Source: Malacoraja senta (lineage: Eukaryota). From it: a stretch of DNA of 64,000 nt. The stretch is from assembly GCA_038087875.1 (NCBI GenBank), contig CM075988.1, forward strand, positions 124,001-188,000, in the 5' to 3' direction. Below are positions 35,201-53,200 of this stretch, piece by piece. Position numbers and translations under genes: made by a program. The notes below the pieces were generated by a model. The model had not been told where the DNA came from. It was given only the letters and a program-made list of their open reading frames with translations, and did no database searches. How positions within the stretch are numbered: position 1 is the first letter of the stretch; every line of letters starts with the position of its first letter.

Positions 35201-38200
35201 TCACCGGCCACACTCACTCACTCACTCACCGGCCACACTCACTCACTCAACGGCCACACTCACTCACTCACTCACGGGCCACACTCACTCACTCACGGGC
35301 CACACTCACTCACTCACGGGCCACACTCACTCACGGGCCTCACTCACTCACTCACTCACTCACGGGCCACACTCACTCACTCATTCACGGGCCACACTGA
35401 ATCACTCACTCACCGGCCACACTCACTCACTCACACTCACCTGCCACACTCACTCACACTCACCGGCCACACTCACTCACACACTCACGGGCCACTCTCA
35501 CTCACTCACGGGCCACACCAACTCATTCACTCATTCTCTGGCCACACTCACTCACTGGCCACACTCACTCATTCACTCATGGGCCACACTCACTCACCGG
35601 CCACACTCACTCACTCACGGGCCACACTCCCTCACTCACGGGCCACACTCACTCACGGGCCACACTCTCTCACTCACCGGCCATACTCGCTCACTCACCG
35701 GCCACACTCAGTCACTCACTCACTCACCAGCCACACTCACTCACTCACCGGCCACTCACTCACTCACCGGCCACACTCACTCACTCATGGACCTCACTCA
35801 CTCACTCACGGGCCACACTCACTCACTCACGGGCCTCACTCACTCACTCACACACGGGCCACACTCACTCACTCACACACCGGCCACACTCACTCACTCA
35901 CCGGCCACACTGACTCACTCACCGGCCACACTCACTCACTCATCGACCACACTCACTCAATCACAGGACACACTCACTCACAGGCCACACTCACTCACTC
36001 ACCGGCCACACTCACTCACTCTCCGGCCACACTCACTCACTCAACGGCCACTCTCACTCACGGGCCACACTCACTCATTCACGGGCCACACTCACTCACT
36101 CACTCACTCACGGGCCACACTCACTCACTCACTCATTCACGGGCCACACTGAATCACTCGCTCACCGGCCACACTCACTCACTCACACTCACCTGCCACA
36201 CTCACTCACACACTCACAGGCCACACTCACTCACTCACGGGCCACACTCACTCACTCACTCACACACGGGCCACACTCACTCACTCACGGGCCACACTCA
36301 GTCACTCACTCACGGGCCACACTCACTCACTCACGGGCCTCACTCACTCACTCACTCATTCACGGGCCACACTGAATCACTCGCTCACCGGCCACACTCA
36401 CTCACTCACACTCACCTGCCACACTCACTCACACACTCACGGGCCACACTCACTCACTCACGGGCCACACTCACTCACTCACTCACACACGGGCCACACT
36501 CACTCACTCACGGGCCACACTCAGTCACTCACTCACGGGCCACACTCACTCACTCACGGGCCTCACTCACTCATGGGCCACACTCACTCACGGGCCTCAC
36601 TCACTCACTCACCAGCCACACTCACTCACTCACGAGCCACACTCACTCACTCACTCACTCACAGGCCACACTCACTCACTCACTCATTCACGGGCCACAC
36701 TGAATCACTCACTCACCGGCCACACTCACTCACTCACACTCACCTGCCACACTCACACTCACACTCACCGGCCACACTCACTCACACACTCACGGGCCAC
36801 ACTCACTCACTCACGGGCCACACTCACTCACTCACTCACACACGGGCCACACTCACTCACTCACGGGCCACACTCAGTCACTCACTCACGGGCCACACTC
36901 ACTCACTCATGGGCCACACTCACTCACTCACGGGCCTCACTCACTCACTGGCCACACTCACTCACTCACTGGCCACACTCACTCACCGGCCACACTCACT
37001 CACCAGCCACACTCACTCACCGGCCACTCACTCACTCACCGGCCACACTCACTCATGGACCACATTCACTCACTCACGGGCCACACTCACTCACTCCACT
37101 CGCTGGCCTCATTCACTCACTCACACACGGGCCACACTCACTCACTCATTCACACACCGGCCACACTCACTCACTCACCGGCCACACTGACTCACTCACC
37201 GGCCACACTCACTCACTCACTCACTGCCCACTCTCACACTCACTCACGGGCCACAGTCACTCACCCACTCACAGGCCACACACTCACCGGCCACACTCAC
37301 TCACTCACTCACCGGCCACACTCACTCACTCACCGGCCACACTCCCTCACTCACTCACCGGCCACACTCACTCAACGGCCACACTCACTCACTCACTCAC
37401 GGGCCACACTCACTCACGGGCCACACTCACTCACTCACTCACTCACTCACGGGCCACACTCACTCACTCATTCACGGGCCACACTGAATCACTCACTCAC
37501 CGGCCACACTCACTCACTCACACTCACCTGCCACACTCACTCACACTCACCGGCCACACTCACTCACACACTCACGGGCCACTCTCACTCACTCACGGGC
37601 CACACTCACTCAGTCACTCATTCTCTGGCCACACTCACTCACTGGCCACACTCACTCATTCACTCATGGGCCACACTCACTCACCGGCCACACTCACTCA
37701 CTCACGGGCCACACTCCCTCACTCACGGGCCACACTCACTCACGGGCCACACTCTCTCACTCACCGGCCATACTCACTCACTCACCGGCCACACTCAGTC
37801 ACTCACTCACTCACCAGCCACACTCACTCACTCACCGGCCACTCACTCACTCACCGGCCACACTCACTCACTCATGGACCTCACTCACTCACTCACGGGC
37901 CACACTCACTCACGGGCCTCACTCACTCACTCACACACGGGCCACACTCACTCACTCACACACCGGCCACACTCACTCACCGGCCACACTGACTCACTCA
38001 CCGGCCGCACTCACTCACTCATCGACCACACTCACTCAATCACAGGACACACTCACTCACAGGCCACACTCACTCACTCACCGGCCACACTCACTCACTC
38101 ACCGGCCACACTCACTCACTCAACGGCCACAATCACTCACTCACGGGCCACACTCACTCATTCACGGGCCACACTCACTCACTCACTCACTCACTCACTC

Positions 38201-41200
38201 ACTCACGGGCCACACTCACTCACTCACTCATTCACGGGCCACACTGAATCACTCGCTCACCGGCCACACTCACTCACTCACACTCACCTGCCACACTCAC
38301 TCACTCACACTCACTCACACTCACGGGCCTCACTCACTCACGGGCCACACTCACTCATTCACATTCTCTGGCCACACTCACTCACTGGCCACACTCATTC
38401 ACTCATGGGCCACACTCACTCACCGGCCACACTCACTCACTCACGGGCCACACTCACTCACTCACGGGCCACACTCAGTCACTCACTCACGGGCCACACT
38501 CACTCACTCACTCACGGGCCACACTCACTCACTCATGGGCCACACTCACTCACTCACGGGCCTCACTCACTCACTCACCAGCCACACTCACTCACTCACG
38601 GGCCACACTCACTCACTCACTCACTCACAGGCCACACTCACTCACTCACTCATTCACGGGCCACACTGAATCACTCACTCACCGGCCACACTCACTCACT
38701 CACACTCACCTGCCACACTCACACTCACACTCACCGGCCACACTCACTCACACACTCACGGGCCACACTCACTCACTCACGGGCCACACTCACTCATTCA
38801 CTCATTCTCTGGCCACACTCACTCACTGGCCACACTCACTCATTCACTCATGGGCCACACTCACTCACCGGCCACACTCACTCACTCACGGGCCACACTC
38901 ACTCACGGGCCACACTCACTCACGGGCCACACTCACTCACTCACCAGCCACACTGACTCACTCACCGGCCACACTCACTCACTCATCGACCGCACTCACT
39001 CAATCACAGGACACACTCACTCACTCACAGGCCACACTCACTCACTCACTCACCGGCCACACTCACTCACTCACCGGCCACACTCACTCACTCACCGACC
39101 ACACTCACTCACTCAATCACAGGACACACTCACTCACTCACTCACAGGCCACACTCATTCACTCATCGGCCACACACACACTCACTCACTCACCGGCCAC
39201 ACTCACTCATTCACTGGCCACACTCACTCACTGGCCACACTCACTCATTCGCCGGCCACACTCATTCACTCACAGGCCACACTCACTCACACACACCAGC
39301 CACACTCACTCACCGGCCACACACTCACGGGCCACACTCACACACTCACACACACCGGCCACACTCACTCACTCACCAGCCACACTCACTCACTCACCGG
39401 CCGCACTCACTCACCCACCGGCCACACTCACTCACCTTCCACTCACCGGCCACACACTCACTCACTCACTGGCCACACTCACTCACCGGCCACACTCACT
39501 CACTCACCGACCACACTCACTCACTCACCGGCCACACTCATTCACCGGCCACACTCACTCACTCACCGGCCGCACTCACTCATGGGCCACACTCACTCAC
39601 TCACGGGCCACACTCACTCACTCACGGGCCACACTCACTGGCCACACTCACATGGGCCTCACTCACTCACCAGCCACACTCACTCACTCACTCACCGGCC
39701 ACACTCACTTACCGGCCACACTCACTCACTCAAACGGGCCTCACTCACTCACTCACTCACCGGCCACACTCACTCACCGACCTCACTCACTCACAGGACA
39801 CACTCACTCACTCACTCACCGGCCTCACTCACTCACGGGCCACACTCACTCACTCACGGGCCACACTCACTCACTCACACTCACCGGCCACACTCACTCA
39901 CACACTCACGGGCCTCACTCACTCACGGGCCACACTCACTCATTCACTCATTCTCTGGCCACACTCACTGGCCACACTCACTCATTCACTCATGGGCCAC
40001 ACTCACTCACTCACCGGCCACACTCACTCACTCACGGGCCACACTCACTCACTCACGGGCCACACTCAGTCACTCACTCACGGGCCACACTCACTCACTC
40101 ACTCACGGGCCACACTCACTCACTCATGGGCCACACTCACTCTGTCACGGGCCACACTAACTCACTCACGGGCCACACTCACTCACTCACTCACTCACGG
40201 GCCACACTCACACTCATTCACGGGCCACACTGAATCACTCACTCACCGGCCACACTCACTCACTCACACTCACCTGCCACACTCACTCACTCACACTCAC
40301 CGGCCACACTCACTCACACACTCACGGGCCACACTCACTCACTCACGGGCCACACTCACTCATTCACTCATTCTCTGGCGACACTCATTCACTGGCCACA
40401 CTCACTCATTCACTCATGGGCCACACTCACTCACGGGCCACACTCACTCACGGGCCACACTCACTCACGGGCCACACTCACTCACTCACGGGCCACACTC
40501 AGTCACTCACTCACGGGCCACACTCACTCACTCATGGGCCACACTCACTCACTCACGGGCCTCACTCACTCACTCACACACGGGCCACACTCACTCACTC
40601 ACTCACACACCGGCCACACTCACTCACTCACCGGCCACACTGACTCACTCACCGGCCACACTCTGTCACTCACTCACTCACCAGCCACACTCACTCACTC
40701 ACCGGCCACTCACTCACTCACCGGCCACACTCACTCACTCATGGACCTCACTCACTCACTCACGGGCCACACTCACTCACTCACGGGCCTCACTCACTCA
40801 CTCACACACGGGCCACACTCACTCACTCACTCACACACCGGCCACACTCACTCACTCACCGGCCACACTGACTCACTCACCGGCCACACTCACTCACTCA
40901 TCGACCACACTCACTCACGGGCCACACTCACTCACTCACTCACCGGCCACACTCACTCACGGGCCACACTCACTCACTCACGGGCCACACTCAGTCACTC
41001 ACTCACGGGCCACACTCACTCACTCACGGGCCACACTCACTCACTCACGGGCCTCACTCACTCACGGGCCACACTCACTCACTCACTCACGGGCCACACT
41101 CACTCACGGGCCACACTCAGTCACTCACTCACTGGCCACACTCACTCACTCACGGGCCACACTCACTCACGGGCCACACTCAGTCACTCACTCACGGGCC

Positions 41201-44200
41201 ACACTCACTCACTCACTCACGGGCCACACTCACTCACTCATGGGCCACACTCACTCACTCATGGGCCACACTCACTCACTCACGGGCCACACTCACTCAC
41301 TCACGGGCCACACTCACTCACTCATTCACGGGCCACACTGAATCACTCACTCACCGGCCTCACTCACTCACACTCACCTGCCACACTCACACTCACACTC
41401 ACCGGCCACACTCACTCACACACTCACGGGCCACACTCACTCACTCACGGGCCACACTCACTCACTCACTCACACACGGGCCACACTCACTCACTCACGG
41501 GCCACACTCAGTCACTCACTCACGGGCCACACTCACTCACTCATGGGCCACACTCACTCACTCACGGGCCTCACTCACTCACTGGCCACACTCACTCACT
41601 CACTGGCCACACTCACTCACCGGCCACACTCACTCACCAGCCACACTCACTCACCGGCCACTCACTCACTCACCGGCCACACTCACTCACTCATGGACCA
41701 CATTCACTCACTCACGGGCCACACTCACTCACTCATTCACACACCGGCCACACTCACTCACTCACCGGCCACACTGACTCACTCACCGGCCACACTCACT
41801 CACTCATCGACCACACTCACTCACTGGCCGCACTCACTCACTCACCGGCCACACTCATTCACCGGCCACACTCACCCACTCACTCACCGGCCACGCTCAC
41901 TCACCGGCCACACTCACTCACTCACTCACTCACCGGCCACACTCACTCAACCACCAGCCACATTCACTCACTCACTCACACACCGGCCTCACTCACTCAC
42001 ACACCGGCCACACTCACTCACTCACTCACTGCCCACACTCACACTCACTCACGGGCCACACTCACTCACCCACTCACAGGCCACACACTCACCGGCCACA
42101 CTCACTCACTCACTCACCGGCCACACTCACTCACTCACCGGCCACACTCACTCACTCACTCACCGGCCACACTCACTCACTCAACGGCCACACTCACTCA
42201 CTCACTCACGGGCCACACTCACTCACGGGCCACACTCACTCACTCACTCACTCACGGGCCACACTCACTCACTCATTCACGGGCCACACTGAATCACTCA
42301 CTCACCGGCCACACTCACTCACACTCACCTGCCACACTCACTCACACTCACTGGCCACACTCACTCACACACTCACGGGCCACTCTCACTCACTCACGGG
42401 CCACACTCACTCATTCACTCATTCTCTGGCCACACTCACTCATTCACTCATGGGCCACACTCACGGGCCACACTCACTCATTCACTCATTCTCTGGCGAC
42501 ACTCATTCACTGGCCACACTCACTCATTCACTCATGGGCCACACTCACTCACCGGCCACACTCACTCACTCACGGGCCACACTCACTCACGGGCCACACT
42601 CACTCACGGGCCACACTCACTCACTCACGGGCCACACTCAGCCACTCACTCACGGGCCACACTCACTCACTCATGGGCCACACTCACTCACTCACGGGCC
42701 TCACTCACTCACTCACCAGCCACACTCACTCACTCACGGGCCACACTCACTCACTCACTCACTCACTCACAGGCCACACTCACTCATTCACGGGCCACAC
42801 TGAATCACTCACTCACCGGCCACACTCACTCACTCACACTCACCTGCCACACTCACACTCACACTCACCGGCCACACTCACTCACACACTCACGGGCCAC
42901 ACTCACTCACTCACGGGCCACACTCACTCATTCACTCATTCTCTGGCCTCACTCACTCACTGGCCACACTCACTCATTCACTCACCGGCCACACTCACTC
43001 ACTCACGGGCCACACTCACTCACTCACGGGCCACACTCACTCACGAGCCACACTCACTCACGGGCCAAACTCACTCACTCACGGGCCACACTCACTCACT
43101 CACCAGCCACACTGACTCACTCACCGGCCACACTCACTCACTCATCGACCGCACTCACTCAATCACAGGACACACTCACTCACTCACAGGCCACACTCAC
43201 TCACTCACTCACCGGCCACACTCACTCACTCACCGGCCACACTCACTCACTCACCGACCACACTCACTCACTCAATCACAGGACACACTCACTCACTCAC
43301 TCACAGGCCACACTCATTCACTCATCGGCCACACACACACTCACTCACTCACCGGCCACACTCACTCATTCACTGGCCACACTCACTCACTGGCCACACT
43401 CACTCATTCGCCGGCCACACTCATTCACTCACAGGCCACACTCACTCACACACACCAGCCACACTCACTCACTCACCGGCCACACACTCACGGGCCACAC
43501 TCACACACTCACACACACCGGCCACACTCACTCACCAGCCACACTCACTCACTCACCGGCCGCACTCACTCACCCACCGGCCACACTCACCGGCCACACT
43601 CACTCACTCACTCACGGGCCACACTCACTCACGGGCCACACTCAGTCACTCACTCACTGGCCACACTCACTCACTCACGGGCCACACTCAGTCACTCACT
43701 CACGGGCCACACTCACTCACTCACTCACGGGCCACTCACTCACTCATGGGCCACACTCACTCACTCACGGGCCAGACTCACTCACTCACGGGCCACACTC
43801 ACTCACCCACTCACAGGCCACACTCACTCACCGGCCACACTCACTCACTCACCAGCCACACTCACTCACTCACTCACTCACTCACCGGCCACACTCACTC
43901 ACCGGCCACACTCACTCACCGGCCACACTCACTCACTCAACGGCCACACTCACTCACTCATGGGCCACACTCACTCACTCATGGGCCACACTCACTCACG
44001 GGCCACACTCACTGGCCACACTCACTCACATGGGCCTCACTCACTCACTCACCAGCCACACTCACTCACTCACTCACCGGCCACACTCACTCACTTACTC
44101 ACCGGCCACACTCACTCACTCAAACGGGCCTCACTCACTCACTCACTCACCGGCCACACTCACTCACTCACTCACCGACCTCACTCACTCACAGGACACA

Positions 44201-47200
44201 CTCACTCACTCACTCACCGGCCTCACTCACTCACGGGCCACACTCACTCACTCACGGGCCACACTCACTCACTCACTCATTCACGGGCCACACTCACTCA
44301 CTCACTCACGGGCCACACTCACTCACTCAACAACCACACTCACTCACTATCTCACTCACCGGCCACACTCACTCACGGGCCACACTCACTCACTCACAGG
44401 CCACACTCAGTCACTCACTCACGGGCCACACTCACTCACTCACGGGCCACACTCACTCACGGGCGACACTCAGTCACTCACTCACGGGCCACACTCACTC
44501 ACTCACGGGCCACACTCACTCACTCACGGGCCACACTCAGTCACTCACTCACCGGCCAGACTCACTCACTCACGGGCCACACTCACTCACGGGCCACACT
44601 CAGTCACTCACTCACGGGCCACACTCACTCACTCACTCACGGGCCACACTCACTCACTCATGGGCCACACTCACTCACTCACGGGCCACACTCACTCACT
44701 CACGGGCCACACTCACTCACCCACTCACAGGCCACACTCACTCACCGGCCACACTCACTCACTCACCAGCCACACTCACTCACTCACTCACTCACTCACC
44801 GGCCACACTCACTCACCGGCCACACTCACTCACCGGCCACACTCACTCACTCAACGGCCACACTCACTCACTCATGGGCCACACTCACTCATGGGCCACA
44901 CTCACTCACGGGCCACACTCACTGGCCACACTCACTCACATGGGCCTCACTCACTCACTCACCAGCCACACTCACTCACTCACTCACCGGCCACACTCAC
45001 TCACTTACTCACCGGCCACACTCACTCACTCAAACGGGCCTCACTCACTCACTCACTCACCGGCCACACTCACTCACTCACTCACCGACCTCACTCACTC
45101 ACAGGACACACTCACTCACTCACTCACCGGCCTCACTCACTCACGGGCCACACTCACTCACTCACGGGCCACACTCACTCACTCACTCATTCACGGGCCA
45201 CACTCACTCACTCAGTCACGGGCCACACTCACTCACTCAACAACCACACTCACTCACTATCTCACTCACCGGCCACACTCACTCACGGGCCACACTCACT
45301 CACTCACAGGCCACACTCAGTCACTCACTCACGGGCCACACTCACTCACTCACGGGCCACACTCACTCACGGGCGACACTCAGTCACTCACTCACGGGCC
45401 ACACTCACTCACTCACGGGCCACACTCACTCACTCACGGGCCACACTCAGTCACTCACTCACCGGCCAGACTCACTCACTCACGGGCCACACTCACTCAC
45501 GGGCCACACTCAGTCACTCACTCACGGGCCACACTCACTCACTCACTCACGGGCCACACTCACTCACTCATGGGCCACACTCACTCACTCACAGGCCACA
45601 CTCACTCACTCACGGGCCACACTCACTCACTCACTCACTCACGGGCCACACTCACTCACTCACGGGCCACACTCACTCACTCACTCATTCACGGGCCACA
45701 CTGAATCACTCACTCACCGGCCACACTCACTCACTCACACTCACCTGCCACACTCACTCACTCACACTCACCGGCCACACTCACTCACACACTCACGGGC
45801 CACACTCACTCACTCACTCACCGACCTCACTCACTCACAGGACACACTCACTCACTCACTCACCGGCCTCACTCACTCACGGGCCACACTCACTCACTCA
45901 CGGGCCACACTCACTCACTCACTCATTCACGGGCCACACTCACTCACTCACTCACGGGCCACACTCACTCACTCAACAACCACACTCACTCACTATCTCA
46001 CTCACCGGCCACACTCACTCACGGGCCACACTCACTCACTCACAGGCCACACTCAGTCACTCACTCACGGGCCACACTCACTCACTCACGGGCCACACTC
46101 ACTCACGGGCGACACTCAGTCACTCACTCACGGGCCACACTCACTCACTCACGGGCCACACTCACTCACTCACGGGCCACACTCAGTCACTCACTCACCG
46201 GCCAGACTCACTCACTCACGGGCCACACTCACTCACGGGCCACACTCAGTCACTCACTCACGGGCCACACTCACTCACTCACTCACGGGCCACACTCACT
46301 CACTCATGGGCCACACTCACTCACTCACGGGCCACACTCACTCACTCACGGGCCACACTCACTCACCCACTCACAGGCCACACTCACTCACCGGCCACAT
46401 TCACTCACTCACCAGCCACACTCACTCACTCACTCACTCACTCACCGGCCACACTCACTCACCGGCCACACTCACTCACCGGCCACACTCACTCACTCAA
46501 CGGCCACACTCACTCACTCATGGGCCACACTCACTCACTCATGGGCCACACTCACTCACGGGCCACACTCACTGGCCACACTCACTCACATGGGCCTCAC
46601 TCACTCACTCACCAGCCACACTCACTCACTCACTCACCGGCCACACTCACTCACTTACTCACCGGCCACACTCACTCACTCAAACGGGCCTCACTCACTC
46701 ACTCACTCACCGGCCACACTCACTCACTCACTCACCGACCTCACTCACTCACAGGACACACTCACTCACTCACTCACCGGCCTCACTCACTCACGGGCCA
46801 CACTCACTCACTCACGGGCCACACTCACTCACTCACTCATTCACGGGCCACACTCACTCACTCAGTCACGGGCCACACTCACTCACTCAACAACCACACT
46901 CACTCACTATCTCACTCACCGGCCACACTCACTCACGGGCCACACTCACTCACTCACAGGCCACACTCAGTCACTCACTCACGGGCCACACTCACTCACT
47001 CACGGGCCACACTCACTCACGGGCGACACTCAGTCACTCACTCACGGGCCACACTCACTCACTCACGGGCCACACTCACTCACTCACGGGCCACACTCAG
47101 TCACTCACTCACCGGCCAGACTCACTCACTCACGGGCCACACTCACTCACGGGCCACACTCAGTCACTCACTCACGGGCCACACTCACTCACTCACTCAC

Positions 47201-50200
47201 GGGCCACACTCACTCACTCATGGGCCACACTCACTCACTCACAGGCCACACTCACTCACTCACGGGCCACACTCACTCACTCACTCACTCACGGGCCACA
47301 CTCACTCACTCACGGGCCACACTCACTCACTCACTCATTCACGGGCCACACTGAATCACTCACTCACCGGCCACACTCACTCACTCACACTCACCTGCCA
47401 CACTCACTCACTCACACTCACCGGCCACACTCACTCACACACTCACGGGCCACACTCACTCACTCACGGGCGACACTCACTCATTCACTCATTCTCTGGC
47501 GACACTCATTCACTGGCCACACTCACTCATTCACTCATGGGCCACACTCACTCACTCACGGGCCACACTCACTCACGGGCCACACTCACTCATTCACGGG
47601 CCACACTCAGTCACTCACTCACGGGCCACACTCACTCACTCATGGGCCACACTCACTCACTCACGGGCCTCACTCACTCACTGGCCACACTCACTCTCCG
47701 GCCACACTCACTCTCCGGCCACACTCACTCACCGGCTACACTCACTCACCGGCCACACTCACTCACTCACCGGCCACTCACTCACCGGCCACACTCACTC
47801 ACTCATGGACCTCATTCACTCACTCAATCATGGGACACACTCACTCACTCACTCAACAACCACACTCACTCACTATCTCACTCACCGGCCACACTCACTC
47901 ACGGGCCACACTCACTCACTCAATCATGGGACACACTCACTCACTCACTCAACAACCACACTCACTCACTATCTCACTCACCGACCACACTCACTCACGG
48001 GCCACACTCACTCACGGGCCACACTCACTCACGGGCCACACTCACTCACTCACTCACGGGCCACACTCACTCACGGGCCACACTCAGTCACTCACTCACG
48101 GGCCACACTCAGTCACTCACTCACGGGCCACACTCAGTCACTCACTCACGGGCCACACTCACTCACTCACTCACGGGCCACACTCACTCACTCATGGGCC
48201 ACACTCACTCACTCACGGGCCACACTCACTCACTCACGGGCCACACTCACTCACTCACTCACTCACGGGCCACACTCACTCACTCATTCACCGGCCACAC
48301 TGAATCACTCACTCACCGGCCACACTCACTCACTCACACTCACCTGCCACACTCACTCACACTCACCGGCCACACTCACTCACACACTCACGGGCCACAC
48401 TCACTCACTCACGGGCCACACTCACTCATTCACTCATTCTCTGGCGACACTCATTCACTGGCCACACTCACTCATTCACTCATGGGCCACACTCACTCAC
48501 CGGCCACACTCACTCACTCACGGGCCACACTCACTCACGGGCCACACTCACTCACTCACGGGCCACACTCAGTCACTCACTCACGGGCCACACTCACTCA
48601 CTCATGGGCCTCACTCACTCACTCACCAGCCACACTCACTCACTCACGGGCCACACTCACTCACTCACTCACTCACTCACAGGCCACACTCACTCATTCA
48701 CGGGCCACACTGAATCACTCACTCACCGGCCACACTCACTCACTCACACTCACCTGCCACACTCACACTCACACTCACCGGCCACACTCACTCACACACT
48801 CACGGGCCACACTCACTCACTCACGGGCCACACTCACTCATTCACTCATTCTCTGGCCACACTCACTCACTGGCCACACTCACTCATTCACTCATGGGCC
48901 ACACTCACTCACCGGCCACACTCACTCACTCACGGGCCACACTCACTCACGGGCCACACTCACTCACGGGCCAAACTCACTCACTCACGGGCCAAACTCA
49001 CTCACTCACGGGCCACACTCACTCACTCACCAGCCACACTGACTCACTCACCGGCCACACTCACTCACTCATCGACCGCACTCACTCAATCACAGGACAC
49101 ACTCACTCACTCACAGGCCACACTCACTCACTCACTCACCGGCCACACTCACTCACTCACCAGCCACACTCACTCACTCACCGACCACACTCACTCACTC
49201 AATCACAGGACACACTCACTCACTCACTCACAGGCCACACTCATTCACTCATCGGCCACACACACACTCACTCACTCACCGGCCACACTCACTCATTCAC
49301 TGGCCACACTCACTCACTGGCCACACTCACTCATTCGCCGGCCACACTCATTCACTCACAGGCCACACTCACACACACCAGCCACACTCACTCACCAGCC
49401 ACACACTCACGGGCCACACTCACACTCACACCGGCCACACACACTCACCAGCCACACTCACTCACTCACCGGCCGCACTCACTCACCCACCGGCCACACT
49501 CACTCACCGGCCACACTCACCGGCCACACTCACTCACTCACTCACGGGCCACACTCACTCACGGGCCACACTCAGTCACTCACTCACTGGCCACACTCAC
49601 TCACTCACGGGCCACACTCACTCACGGGCCACACTCAGTCACTCACTCACGGGCCACACTCACTCACTCACTCACGGGCCACACTCACTCACTCATGGGC
49701 CACACTCACTCACGAGCCACACTCACTCACTCACGGGCCACACTCACTGACTCACTCACTCACGGGCCACACTCACTCACTCATTCACGGGCCACACTGA
49801 ATCACTCACTCACCGGCCACACTCACTCACTCACACTCACCTGCCACACTCACTCACTCACACTCACCGGCCACACTCACTCACACACTCACGGGCCACA
49901 CTCACTCACTCACGGGCCACACTCACTCATTCACTCATTCTCTGGCGACACTCATTCACTGGCCACACTCACTCATTCACTCATGGGCCACACTCACTCA
50001 CCGGCCACACTCACTCACTCACGGGCCACACTCACTCACGGGCCACACTCACTCACTCACGGGCCACACTCAGTCACTCACTCACGGGCCACACTCACTC
50101 ACTCATGGGCCACACTCACTCACTCACGGGCCTCACTCACTCACTCACCAGCCACACTCACTCACTCACGGGCCACACTCACTCACTCACTCACAGGCCA

Positions 50201-53200
50201 CTCACTCATTCACGGGCCACACTGAATCACTCACTCACCGGCCACACTCACTCACTCACACTCACCTGCCACACTCACACTCACACTCACCGGCCACACT
50301 CACTCACACACTCACGGGCCACACTCACTCACTCACGGGCCACACTCACTCATTCACTGATTCTCTGGCCACACTCACTCACTGGCCACACTCACTCATT
50401 CACTCATGGGCCACACTCACTCACCGGCCACACTCACTCACTCACGGGCCACACTCACTCACGGGCCACACTCACTCACGGGCCAAACTCACTCACTCAC
50501 GGGCCACACTCACTCACTCACCAGCCACACTGACTCACTCACCGGCCACACTCACTCACTCATCGACCGCACTCACTCAATCACAGGACACACTCACTCA
50601 CTCACAGGCCACACTCACTCACTCACTCACCGGCCACACTCACTCACTCACCGGCCACACTCACTCACTCACCGACCACACTCACTCACTCAATCACAGG
50701 ACACACTCACTCACTCACTCACAGGCCACACTCATTCACTCATCGGCCACACACACACTCACTCACCGGCCACACTCACTCATTCACTGGCCACACTCAC
50801 TCACTGGCCACACTCACTCATTCGCCGGCCACACTCATTCACTCACAGGCCACACTCACTCACACACACCAGCCACACTCACTCACTCACCGGCCACACA
50901 CTCACGGGCCACACTCACACACTCACACACACCGGCCACACTCACTCACCAGCCACACTCACTCACTCACCGGGCGCACTCACTCACCCACCGGCCACAC
51001 TCACTCACCGGCCACACTCACCGGCCACACTCACTCACTCACTGGCCACACTCACTCACCGGCCACACTCACTCACTCACCGACCACACTCACTCACTCA
51101 CCGGCCACACTCATTCACCGGCCACACTCACTCACTCACCGGCCGCACTCACTCACCTGCCACACTCACTCACTCACCGGCCACACTCACTCACTCACCG
51201 GCCACACTCACTCACACCGGCCACTCACTCACTGGCCACACTGACTCATTCACTCACTGGCCACACACTCACCGGCCACGCTCACTCACTCACTCACCGG
51301 CCTCACTCACTCACTCACTCACCGGCCACACTCACTCACCGGCCACACACACTCACTCACCGGCCACCCACACTCACTCACCGGCCACACTCACTCACTC
51401 ACTCATCGGCCACACTCACTCAACCACCAGCCACATTCACTCACTCACTCACACACCGGCCACACTCACTCACTCACTCACTGGCCACACTCACACTCAC
51501 TCACGGGCCACACTCACTCACCCACTCACAGGCCACACTCACTCACCGGCCACACTCACTCACTCACCGGCCACACTCACTCACTCACTCACTCACCGGC
51601 CACACTCACTCACCGGCCACACTCACTCACCGGCCACACTCACTCACTCACCGGCCACACTCACTCACTCAACGGCCACACTCACTCACTCATGGGCCTC
51701 ACTCACTCATGGGCCACACTCACTCACTCACGGGCCACACTCACTGGCCACACTCACTCACATGGGCCTCACTCACTCACTCACTCACCAGCCACACTCA
51801 CTCACTCACTCACCGTCCACACTCACTCACTTACTCACCGGCCACACTCACTCACTCAAACGGGCCTCACTCACTCACTCACTCACCGGCCACACTCACT
51901 CACTCACTCACCGACCTCACTCACTCACAGGACACACTCACTCACTCACTCACCGGCCTCACTCACTCACGGGCCACACTCACTCACTCACGGGCCACAC
52001 TCACTCACTCATTCACGGGCCACACTCACTCACTCACTCACGGGCCACACTCACTCACTCAACAACCACACTCACTCACTATCTCACTCACCGGCCACAC
52101 TCACTCACGGGCCACACTCACTCACTCACGGGCCACACTCAGTCACTCACTCACGGGCCACACTCACTCACTCACGGGCCACACTCACTCACTCACGGGC
52201 CACACTCACTCACTCACGGGCCACACTCAGTAACTCACTCACGGGCCACACTCACTCACTCACGGGCCACACTCAGTCACTCACTCACCGGCCAGACTCA
52301 CTCACTCACGGGCCACACTCACTCACGGGCCACACTCAGTCACTCACTCACGGGCCACACTCACTCACTCACTCACGGGCCACACTCACTCACTCATGGG
52401 CCACACTCACTCACTCACGGGCCACACTCACTCACTCACGGGCCACACTCACTCACTCACTCACGGGCCACACTCACTCACTCATTCACGGGCCACACTG
52501 AATCACTCACTCACCGGCCACACTCACTCACTCACACTCACCTGCCACACTCACTCACTCACACTCACCGGCCACACTCACTCACACACTCACGGGCCAC
52601 ACTCACTCACTCACGGGCCACACTCACTCATTCACTCATTCACTGGTGACACTCATTCACTGGCCACACTCACTCATTCACTCATGGGCCACACTCACTC
52701 ACCGGCCACACTCGCTCACTCACGGGCCACACTCACTCACTCATGGGCCACACTCACTCACTCACGGGCCTCACTCACTCACTGGCCACACTCACTCACT
52801 CACCGGCCACACTCACTCACCGGCTACACTCACTCACCGGCCTCACTCACTCACCAGCCACACTCACTCACTCACCGGCCACTCACTCACTCACCGGCCA
52901 CACTCACTCACTCATGGACCTCATTCACTCACTCATGGGCCACACTCACTCACTCCACTCGCTCGCCTAATTCACTCACTCACACACGGGCCACACTCAC
53001 TCACTCATTCACTCACCGGCCACACTGACTCACTCACCAGCCACACTGACTCACTCACCGGCCACACTCACTCACTCATCGACCACACTCACTCAATCAC
53101 AGGACACACTCACTCACTCACAGGCCACACTCACTCACCGGCCACACTCACTCACTCACTCACCGGCCACACTCACTCACCGGCCACACTCACTCACTCA